A stretch of 64,000 nt of DNA from the NCBI GenBank assembly GCA_902520495.1, contig CABYNW010000004.1, positions 40,995 to 104,994 of the forward strand, read 5' to 3'. This document shows, in pieces, positions 30,176 through 37,898 of this stretch; positions within the stretch are counted from its first letter, which is position 1; every line of letters starts with the position of its first letter. Source of the DNA: an uncultured SAR86 cluster bacterium (GTDB lineage: Bacteria > Pseudomonadota > Gammaproteobacteria > Magnimaribacterales > D2472). Below the pieces are notes generated by a model that saw only the letters and a list, made by a program, of their open reading frames with translations, ran no database searches and was not told the origin of the DNA. The position numbers were made by a program, and so were the translations under genes.

Positions 30176-30895
30176 ATGTTAAATAATACTGTGATTGCAA
30201 TGTGGTCAGGCCCTAGAAATCTTTCTACGGCTTTAATGAGAAGTTTTGGAAATCGTTCTGATGTTACTAACATTTTAGATGAACCATTTTATGCATCATA
30301 TTTAGTATCTACTAATAAAGATCATCCTATGAAAAAAGAAGTCATACATAGTCAATTAAACAATATTGATGATGTAAAAAAACAATGTCAAAGAAGAAAT
30401 AATGGTATTACTTATCAAAAACATATGACACATCATATAATTGATAATGATTTTTCTTGGATGGACTCAATAACAAATTGTTTTTTAATTAGAAACCCTG
30501 AAATGGTTGTTCACAGCTTTATGAAGTCATGGAGTGAAGGTGAATTTGAAGACATCGGATTCCAAAAACAATTTGATATTTATAATTACGTTAAAAAAAA
30601 TATAAACGATAATCCGCCAATTATTGATGCATCAAGACTAAGATCTAATCCTGAACAAGTTTTATCTAAGTTTTGTAAAATTATAGATATAGAATGGGAC
30701 AATAATATGCTTGAGTGGTCAGCTGGATTAAAGGACTATGATGGAATATGGGCAAAACATTGGTATCCATCTGTCATGAATTCAACATCATTTAAACCAG
30801 AAACTAATAATTCTATAAAATTGTCAGATAATGAAAAAAGAATAGTTGAATTAGCTATGCCTATATATGAAGAACTATATAAAAGGGCTATCTAA
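30176..30895 (+). CDS. sulfotransferase-fold-like protein (tentative)
   Basis: 239 aa. The N-terminal MWSGPRNLSTALMRSF resembles a PAPS-binding P-loop-like motif of a small bacterial sulfotransferase-like family. Assignment is from memory and tentative. The start directly abuts the aminotransferase stop. Confidence 0.4.
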   Translation: MLNNTVIAMWSGPRNLSTALMRSFGNRSDVTNILDEPFYASYLVSTNKDHPMKKEVIHSQLNNIDDVKKQCQRRNNGITYQKHMTHHIIDNDFSWMDSITNCFLIRNPEMVVHSFMKSWSEGEFEDIGFQKQFDIYNYVKKNINDNPPIIDASRLRSNPEQVLSKFCKIIDIEWDNNMLEWSAGLKDYDGIWAKHWYPSVMNSTSFKPETNNSIKLSDNEKRIVELAMPIYEELYKRAI

Positions 30896-31314
30896 TCTTC
30901 AGATTGAGACTCTTCTAATTTCTCTCTCAACATGAGTTTTTTAAGACTGATTTTATCTTTAAGTGTCATTATATATGCAGCCACTGCGAGAATTAATATA
31001 CCTGTTGCTTCATAAATTATATTAATTGCATTCAAATCTTTACTTTGAAGAATTATCATTCGAGTTAATGCTGTCATAGCAATAATTAAAGGCAAGGTTA
31101 CTGGTATTCTGTTATTGGCATAAAAAGATGCAACCATACCTAAAACCTCTGCATATATAAATAATAGAAATAAATCACTTAAGTTTACAATCTGTATATC
31201 GATCATTCTTACAATCTCTATTCCTGAGGCATAAATTGTTGCAACAGCAATTATTAATAAAATTACTCTTTCCGACAACCAGATAAATTTCTGTACAGCA
31301 TTTAATTCATTCAT
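30892..31314 (-). CDS. PsiE-family (phosphate-starvation-inducible) membrane protein
   Basis: 140 aa, 4 TM. The central block LFLLFIYAEVLGMVASFYANNRIPVTLPLIIAMTALTRMIILQSK parallels the E. coli PsiE core as I recall it. Confidence 0.55.
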   Translation of the reverse strand: MNELNAVQKFIWLSERVILLIIAVATIYASGIEIVRMIDIQIVNLSDLFLLFIYAEVLGMVASFYANNRIPVTLPLIIAMTALTRMIILQSKDLNAINIIYEATGILILAVAAYIMTLKDKISLKKLMLREKLEESQSED

Positions 31315-31350
31315 ATTTCAATTCTACATTTCTTATATTAATAATACCAA

Positions 31351-32217
31351 TTATGATTTTGGAGGTAGCATAAGAAGTTGAGAAGTTTTATCCATATATT
31401 CTTGATAATCAGGTCTATTTTTTAAACTTCTTTTATCCATCATAGGGCATGAAATAAAGATAAATAAAGCTAACATGGCCGTAGGACAAAGTATTGTCCA
31501 TATTGGAAGTAATCCAGTTGATAGACCCATAAAATATATTCCATACCAAAATAATACTTCTCCAAGATAGTTCGGATGACGTGAATACTTCCATAATTTA
31601 AATCTCATTGTTTTTCCTTTGTTTTCTGGAATATTTCTAAAGGTTCTCATTTGCTCATCAGCAATCGTTTCTAAAATAACAGCAAAAAAAGTAAATAATG
31701 ATGCTAGATATAAGTATATATTTGGAACGATTTGACTGTCAGCAAAATAAAAAAGAGGAAACAACCCAAAATTAACGATTAATGTAGGAATCAAATGAAT
31801 TCCAAAAAAATTATTAATTTCTGCATTTATTTTATTAGTATTTTTCAAGTCAACATATCTAAAATCTTCATGTGAAAATCCCTGCCAACTTATTAACCAA
31901 TTTCTTGTTAACCTTAATGCCCAAAAACAAATAGGTACTAATATTAATAACTTGATCTCCAAAGAATTAATCATAGTGCTTATAAATAAAACTATAGGAA
32001 CGGGAGCTACCGACCAAAAAGGATCATATAAACTTGAGTTTTTTAAGATAAAACTAAAAATATAAATAATTAAAGTAGCATAGATATGCCAAGCAAGGAT
32101 CAGCAGCCAAAGGTTTATATCATGTAATTTTTGTGGCAATAATATATATGCCAACCAAAATGAAAATACGTATATAACAATACAAATTAACTGGCTATAT
32201 AACTTATCTTTAATCAT
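31351..32217 (-). CDS. DUF1295 / steroid 5-alpha-reductase-like membrane protein
   Basis: 288 aa, polytopic. C-terminal hallmark WKYSRHPNYLGEVLFWYG. Confidence 0.75.
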   Translation of the reverse strand: MIKDKLYSQLICIVIYVFSFWLAYILLPQKLHDINLWLLILAWHIYATLIIYIFSFILKNSSLYDPFWSVAPVPIVLFISTMINSLEIKLLILVPICFWALRLTRNWLISWQGFSHEDFRYVDLKNTNKINAEINNFFGIHLIPTLIVNFGLFPLFYFADSQIVPNIYLYLASLFTFFAVILETIADEQMRTFRNIPENKGKTMRFKLWKYSRHPNYLGEVLFWYGIYFMGLSTGLLPIWTILCPTAMLALFIFISCPMMDKRSLKNRPDYQEYMDKTSQLLMLPPKS

Positions 32218-32243
32218 AAAAAATGGGGTTAAAAAACCCCATT
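32218..32243 (-). terminator. rho-independent terminator-like hairpin
   Basis: The minus strand reads AATGGGGTT-TTTT-AACCCCATT, a 9-bp stem with a GGGG/CCCC core, followed by a T-run that ends at the ATG (32217) of the next gene. It lies 26 nt downstream of the stop of the 32270..32653 gene. Confidence 0.6.
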
Positions 32244-32269
32244 ATATTATTTTTTACTATTGTTAGTAA

Positions 32270-32653
32270 TTAATTTTTAGAAGTCCATGTAATAGCTAAT
32301 TGAAACACAAGTACAACTAGTACAAATAATGTTTGAACAGCTCCACCTATACTCAAAGGACTATCAACGTATTGAACCATTCTTTCAGCAGAAGCCGCGC
32401 CAACATCTGCTAATGATGTTACCGCAGTATCTAAAATAGCTGCACCTATTTGTTGTGTATAAAAAGTCATCATTGCTACAAGAACACAATACAGTGATGT
32501 AAAAACTTTAGACGCCATATTTGCATCTGGTGAGTTATAGATGTTATTAGCCATTCTAAAACCTAACCAAATCAAAAGTACACAACCTACAAAGTACATA
32601 GAATTACTAATAAATCCTACATACATCATGTTAAATATTTGATATTCAGTCAT
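32270..32653 (-). CDS. hypothetical small membrane protein
   Basis: 127 aa, about 3 TM. Own upstream AT-rich region and own downstream hairpin. I do not recognise the family. Confidence 0.5.
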   Translation of the reverse strand: MTEYQIFNMMYVGFISNSMYFVGCVLLIWLGFRMANNIYNSPDANMASKVFTSLYCVLVAMMTFYTQQIGAAILDTAVTSLADVGAASAERMVQYVDSPLSIGGAVQTLFVLVVLVFQLAITWTSKN

Positions 32654-32816
32654 ATTTTTCTCCCTTATTAATAATATGAAGATTAATGATAATACAATTT
32701 TACAACCACTAAATAAAATATATATACATTATCTATATATATCTAAAATTTTTATACAAATATAAAGTCTTAATGAGTGCATTAATGTATTATAAATATT
32801 CATATTAGGAGAGATT

Positions 32817-33554
32817 ATGAATAAATTAATATATAGCGCTTTTATAGTTTTTTGCTTTAATTTAAATTTAACTATTCAAGCAGAAGATGTAAAAATGGAA
32901 AGTGATGGAACTATAATGGAGTTCAATTACCTAACAGTTACTGATCCACAAAATTTTATGATGTCCTTAGATAAATTTGATAAATCTAAGTGTGCAGAAA
33001 ACTGGAGAAATGAATCAGGTGTTGGTGTAAGTCTATGGTCATTAAGAGGTTCTGGAAATTCGCACTTTATCTTAGTCGTTTATGAAAATGCAGATAAGAT
33101 GGAAAAGGGCAGACCTATCTTTAATTCATGTTATGAGTCTTCAGCAATGATTAAGTCTTTTCAAAAGACTACTGATACAGATAGATCATGGAATTGGGTC
33201 GCAGAAAATGTCGTAGCTGCAAGCCAATGGACAACTGATACAGTTTTTGCAAAATACAATTTTAAAGTTGAAGAAGGTCACGAAGGTCATTATTTAGAGG
33301 CATGGAAAAAAATGATGTCATCTAATCTAGGTAATGTAAAAGGTTCATTTGGTATGAATAGAGTTCTTTTTGGTAATAGGTATGCTTCACATATGGTATA
33401 TGTAGGCAATGAATCTTTAGATGAATTGCTTAATTCTCAAAAAACAGTGCTTTCATCTGATTCTTTTACAGATTTTTCAAACGATGTTAAAGATATTAGA
33501 CAAAATGTTAATGTTGAATTGGTATCACTAGTTAAATTTTATACAGGAGAATAA
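32817..33554 (+). CDS. hypothetical secreted protein with internal tandem duplication
   Basis: 245 aa. Signal peptide MNKLIYSAFIVFCFNLNLTIQA. Two ~100-aa halves share a pattern (FNYLTV...GVSLWSLRGSGNSHFILVVYEN vs YNFKV...GMNRVLFGNRYASHMVYVGNES). Good RBS (AGGAGAG). Confidence 0.5.
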   Translation: MNKLIYSAFIVFCFNLNLTIQAEDVKMESDGTIMEFNYLTVTDPQNFMMSLDKFDKSKCAENWRNESGVGVSLWSLRGSGNSHFILVVYENADKMEKGRPIFNSCYESSAMIKSFQKTTDTDRSWNWVAENVVAASQWTTDTVFAKYNFKVEEGHEGHYLEAWKKMMSSNLGNVKGSFGMNRVLFGNRYASHMVYVGNESLDELLNSQKTVLSSDSFTDFSNDVKDIRQNVNVELVSLVKFYTGE

Positions 33555-33555
33555 T

Positions 33556-33966
33556 ATGAAAATATATATAAATCTTTTCATTATGTTGGCTATTTCATTG
33601 AATATATCCTCAGATGATCATTCTGATGAGACTAAATCCTTCCCTGGTTTAGTATCTTCTGAAGTTTTTGATATGAGTAATGGTATGGTTATGCATGTTG
33701 AGCGTCGTAAAACTTGTAATCAAGGCGCAGTTGCAAAACATTTTCATCCAGCTGCAGGAACATTGGTTTATCTTCTTGATGGAAAATCTCAATCCAAATC
33801 AACTGGAAATTGGAAAACTTATTCTAATAACCAGTATTGGTTTGAAAAATCTGATTGGGTTCATGGTGGTGATGCTGATACACCAGAAATGGATGATGGA
33901 TGCAGTGATCTTCTTGTCATAAGGGTTGCTGAATCCGGCCAAGATCATACAGTCTTTATAGAATAA
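33556..33966 (+). CDS. secreted cupin-like protein
   Basis: 136 aa. Signal peptide MKIYINLFIMLAISLNISS. Cupin-like motif KHFHPAAGTLVYLLDG. The start is 1 nt after the previous stop. Confidence 0.55.
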   Translation: MKIYINLFIMLAISLNISSDDHSDETKSFPGLVSSEVFDMSNGMVMHVERRKTCNQGAVAKHFHPAAGTLVYLLDGKSQSKSTGNWKTYSNNQYWFEKSDWVHGGDADTPEMDDGCSDLLVIRVAESGQDHTVFIE

Positions 33967-33982
33967 GATAAAATATCATTAT

Positions 33983-34011
33983 AAAAAACCTGTCAAATGG
34001 CAGGTTTTTTT
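33983..34011 (+). terminator. rho-independent terminator
   Basis: AAAAAA-CCTGTC-AAAT-GGCAGG-TTTTTTT, located 17 nt after the cupin gene stop. Stem of 6 pairs (one G-U) extendable by A/T pairs, then a 7-T run. Confidence 0.65.
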
Positions 34012-34037
34012 ATTTAACAAGAAATATAATACAAATA

Positions 34038-34760
34038 ATGAACAAGATATGGGAAACAATAAAATACGAAGTGCAGCTTAGAATTGATGCTGAACCATCA
34101 TTACAGCCATATTTAACTTCTCTGGTAACATCTCAAGAAAGTTTTCTATCCTGTGTTTCATCCGTATTAGCATCTAAATTAAATAGCGATGCTTTATCAT
34201 CTAGTGATATTAAGCAATTTATACTTGAAGTCTATACTGAATGCGATGGTATAGAAGAATCATTATTACAAGATTTAGAATTTTTTAAGAATAATGACCC
34301 TGCATGTAAATATTTTTCCACACCAATTCTTTTCTATAAAGGATTTCAAGGGTTGGCTACCTACAGGGCTGCAAATTGTTTATGGAACAACAAAAGACAT
34401 ACTATGGCATTATTTTTCCAAAATAGAGCATCAGAGGTATTTGGAGTAGATATACATCCTGCTGCAAAAATTAAAGGTGGCGTAATGATTGACCATGCAA
34501 CTGGTGTCGTGATTGGAGAGACAACGACAATAGATGAAAATGTGTCTATATATCAGGGAGTTACGTTGGGTGGCAAAGGTATTGAAATTGGAGATCGCCA
34601 TCCAAAAATAAAAAAAGGCGTATCAATTTATGCTTCAAGTACAATTCTAGGAAATATCGTAATAGGTGCAAACTCAACAGTTGCTGCTGGCAGCTTGGTA
34701 TTAAAAGATGTTGAAGCTAATACTCGAGTTGCTGGGATTCCAGCAAAGGTAATATCCTAA
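34038..34760 (+). CDS. cysE: serine O-acetyltransferase
   Basis: 240 aa. SATase N-terminal helical domain and hexapeptide-repeat C-domain (GVDIHPAAKIKGGVMIDHATGVVIGETTTI, GDRHPKI). Confidence 0.9.
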   Translation: MNKIWETIKYEVQLRIDAEPSLQPYLTSLVTSQESFLSCVSSVLASKLNSDALSSSDIKQFILEVYTECDGIEESLLQDLEFFKNNDPACKYFSTPILFYKGFQGLATYRAANCLWNNKRHTMALFFQNRASEVFGVDIHPAAKIKGGVMIDHATGVVIGETTTIDENVSIYQGVTLGGKGIEIGDRHPKIKKGVSIYASSTILGNIVIGANSTVAAGSLVLKDVEANTRVAGIPAKVIS

Positions 34761-34764
34761 TTAA

Positions 34765-35787
34765 TTAGACTGAATCATAAATAGATAATTCATCATCATT
34801 CATTTCTTCTTCAATATTCTCAAACAAGATACTAGACATATATCTTTCAGCGGTATCTGGAAGCATACATAATATTTTTGATCCCTTTGTAGCTTTTTTT
34901 GCAACCTCAACAGCAATTGCAAAAGTTGAACCACCAGAGACTCCGGTTATTATTCCTTCTTTCTGAGCCAATTCATTTGCCCAAAAAATGCCATCATTTC
35001 CTGAAACAGGTATCAATTCATCAAAATATTTATTATCAATTGATTCTTGGAGTACAAGAGGTATGAAATCCGTAGTCCATCCTTGTATAGGGTGGGGACT
35101 CCATTCTGGATGAGATTGAGATGCTGAACCGTCATCGTTTCTAGTTTGTTCTTGTTTACTCCCTATCAACTGTGCAACATCTGGTTCGGTTAGAATTAAT
35201 TTTGTATTTGGCATTTTTTTTCTCAATACTCTACTTACACCAGTAAATGTTCCTCCAGTGCCATATCCAGAAACCCAATAATCTAAACCAATATCTTTAA
35301 AATCTTTGACTATCTCTTCGCCAGTTGTCTGTTCATGCACCATACTGTTATCTTCATTCTCAAATTGTTTTGCAAAAAACCAATTATTTTTTATTACTAG
35401 CTGTTTAGCTTTGTTATATGCTCCAGTTCCTCCTTCTGCAGCAGGTGTTAAAAGTACTTTTGCTCCTAAGAATCTCATTAATTTTCTTCGTTCAATTGAT
35501 GCACTGTCAGGCATAGTTACCACTAATGGGTAACCTTTTGCAGCGCATACCATTGCTAATCCAATTCCGGTATTTCCGCTTGTAGCCTCAACAACTGTTT
35601 GACCTTCTTTAAGTTGATTCCTTGATTCAGCATTTTCAATAATACTTACTGCAAGCCTATCTTTAACTGAGCTTGCGGGATTAAAATACTCAGCCTTAAC
35701 GTAAAGCTCTGTGTTATTTATAGAAATATTTTGAAGTTTTATTGAAGGAGTATTTCCAATCGTATGAAGTATATTGTTATAAAGCAT
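34765..35787 (-). CDS. cysteine synthase / CBS-family PLP enzyme (CysK-like)
   Basis: 340 aa. PLP-Lys motif NPASSVKDRLA, then SGNTGIGLA and GTGGTFTG blocks. It carries a ~30-aa insertion (SKQEQTRNDDGSASQSHPEWSPHPIQGW) relative to minimal CysK. Confidence 0.8.
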   Translation of the reverse strand: MLYNNILHTIGNTPSIKLQNISINNTELYVKAEYFNPASSVKDRLAVSIIENAESRNQLKEGQTVVEATSGNTGIGLAMVCAAKGYPLVVTMPDSASIERRKLMRFLGAKVLLTPAAEGGTGAYNKAKQLVIKNNWFFAKQFENEDNSMVHEQTTGEEIVKDFKDIGLDYWVSGYGTGGTFTGVSRVLRKKMPNTKLILTEPDVAQLIGSKQEQTRNDDGSASQSHPEWSPHPIQGWTTDFIPLVLQESIDNKYFDELIPVSGNDGIFWANELAQKEGIITGVSGGSTFAIAVEVAKKATKGSKILCMLPDTAERYMSSILFENIEEEMNDDELSIYDSV

Positions 35788-35850
35788 AATTAACTAAATA
35801 AATTATAAAATAAAGGATATAAGAATATATTATTATATATAATCAATACT

Positions 35851-37353
35851 ATGAAACTTATATTTATTTTATTTTTAACAACAACTTTTATATCTACTAA
35901 TATTTTTAGCACTGAAGATGCTGAAAACTGTAGTATAAAAAACGTTCCAATTGAAGAAAGATTTTTTTCTAATAACTTTTCTGGTGTTTTTAATGGAAAA
36001 AGACTTGATTATGTTGCAAGTTTAAAAGAAAAAGTTATTTATGAAAAAGATAATCCAAATGAACCAATGGCATCATTTTTTTATACAGAGTATATAGTTA
36101 ATTCTGATAAAAATAGACCAATAATATTTAGCTTTAATGGAGGGCCAGGTTCAGCATCATTATGGCTGCATATGGGTGTTCTAGGGCCAAAAGTTATAAA
36201 GGTTCCTAGTGATGCGTCAGATGATGGATCTGCTCCATATAAAATCGAAGATAATAAATTATCTCCACTAAGCGATGCAGATCTTGTTTTTATTGATCCA
36301 ATAGGTACTGGTTATAGTAGGGCAATTGGATGTCATGAGCCTGAAGAGTTTTGGGGAGTAAGTGAAGATCCAAAAATTATTGCTGAATTTATTAGAAGAT
36401 GGATTAATGATAATAAACGTTGGAATTCTCCAAGATATATTTTAGGTGAGAGTTATGGTGGCATCAGGGGTCCTTTATTGGTATCAGAATTAAGATCTGG
36501 TTCAATTACACCAATTGAAGTTAATGGCTTATTAATGGTTGCACCTGCTTCTGATTATCAGTATTTAGTTTTCCATCCTGGTAACAATAGCCCGCATTAT
36601 GGATTCCTACCCTCATATGCAGCAACAGCTTATTATCATGGAAAAATTGAAACAGATAAATCACTTCAAGATTTTTATGAAGATTCAAAAAAGTTTAGTT
36701 TAGAGGTGTATGGACCAGCTTTATTGAAAGGAACAAGGATATCGGAAGATGAAAAGAACTCTGTTATGAAACAATATTCTGAATTTACAGGTTTAAGCCT
36801 AAGATTTGTAGAAGATTTCGATATGAGAGTTGATCCTTCAAGTTTTAGAAAAGAATTATTAAGAGATGAAGGTTATTCAGTAGGCAGATTAGATTCAAGA
36901 TATAAAAATTCTGACTATATGGCAGGAGGTCAATATCCTGATACTGACGTATCGAGTGAAGGATTTATGTCGGCTTACGTTTCAGCTATACATACTTGGT
37001 TTAGTGAAATCGGGGTTGAAATGAAAATGTTATATCAAAGTGGCGACTATGATGTCTATTCAAGTTGGAAACATCCTCAAGAATGGAAAGGTAATGATTT
37101 TGGATACGTAAATACAGTTCCAGATATTGCTAGAGCTCAAAGATATAATAAAGATTTTAAAGTTTACGTTTCATGTGGATTATATGATTTAGCAACTCCT
37201 TGTTTTACTGCTGAAAACTTTATGTATGACAACACAGTTGATATGAGTAGGGTGGTTTTTTCAGAGTTCGAAGCAGGTCATATGATGTATAACCATCAAC
37301 CATCTTTTGATAGGTTTTTAAAAGAGATAACTGATTTTATTACGAATGATTAG
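35851..37353 (+). CDS. secreted serine carboxypeptidase, peptidase family S10
   Basis: 500 aa with a signal peptide. S10 blocks FNGGPGSAS, nucleophile GESYGG, acid region GLYDLATP, His region EAGHMMY. Confidence 0.8.
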   Translation: MKLIFILFLTTTFISTNIFSTEDAENCSIKNVPIEERFFSNNFSGVFNGKRLDYVASLKEKVIYEKDNPNEPMASFFYTEYIVNSDKNRPIIFSFNGGPGSASLWLHMGVLGPKVIKVPSDASDDGSAPYKIEDNKLSPLSDADLVFIDPIGTGYSRAIGCHEPEEFWGVSEDPKIIAEFIRRWINDNKRWNSPRYILGESYGGIRGPLLVSELRSGSITPIEVNGLLMVAPASDYQYLVFHPGNNSPHYGFLPSYAATAYYHGKIETDKSLQDFYEDSKKFSLEVYGPALLKGTRISEDEKNSVMKQYSEFTGLSLRFVEDFDMRVDPSSFRKELLRDEGYSVGRLDSRYKNSDYMAGGQYPDTDVSSEGFMSAYVSAIHTWFSEIGVEMKMLYQSGDYDVYSSWKHPQEWKGNDFGYVNTVPDIARAQRYNKDFKVYVSCGLYDLATPCFTAENFMYDNTVDMSRVVFSEFEAGHMMYNHQPSFDRFLKEITDFITND

Positions 37354-37388
37354 GAGTAGAAATTAAAATCTAAAAGGAGAAAAAAACT

Positions 37389-37898
37389 ATGAAAAAATTT
37401 AAAGTAAAAATTATTGATTATAAAGTTTTAGAAGTAGTTCCCTTTAATGATTATGATCCACCAGCAGATCTTCACCACATGAGCAGATTTAAAACTGCAT
37501 GGTTAGTGGAAATAGATGATGTTTTGTTTGGCTTCTATTTCATAAAGGAAGAATGCTGGTTAGGTGACTTTGTAGAAGCAACAGGTCTTGAAGTGAGTTT
37601 GTTTGATCAACCAAATAAAAATGAAAATTGGTTTGAAAATGAAAAATATACTGTTCTCTCTACACACCTGCCTGCATACGAATGGATGGGTGTAACAAAA
37701 GATACAGAAACTTATACCATCTGGTTGGATGATGATTTCAATGATTTATCGGAAACTGATGAAGAAAAATCTGCTCAAAAGTTGCTTCATGATCAATTCG
37801 TAGAAATTTACTACTGGCTTTCACCTGGCTTTGATGAGACATCTCCATCTGATCTTGACGAAACAGAATTTACAATAGAGATAGAATTAAACGATTAA
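37389..37898 (+). CDS. hypothetical acidic cytoplasmic protein
   Basis: 169 aa. Strong RBS (AAAGGAGAAA). Very acidic C-terminal half (DDDFNDLSETDEEKS ... SPSDLDETEFTIEIELND). No recognised family. Confidence 0.45.
   Translation: MKKFKVKIIDYKVLEVVPFNDYDPPADLHHMSRFKTAWLVEIDDVLFGFYFIKEECWLGDFVEATGLEVSLFDQPNKNENWFENEKYTVLSTHLPAYEWMGVTKDTETYTIWLDDDFNDLSETDEEKSAQKLLHDQFVEIYYWLSPGFDETSPSDLDETEFTIEIELND

Noticed and set aside
32654-32816. 29-aa ORF (MKINDNTILQPLNKIYIHYLYISKIFIQI) in the divergent spacer.
   Set aside because: No RBS, low complexity, and it lies where promoters for both flanking genes are expected.
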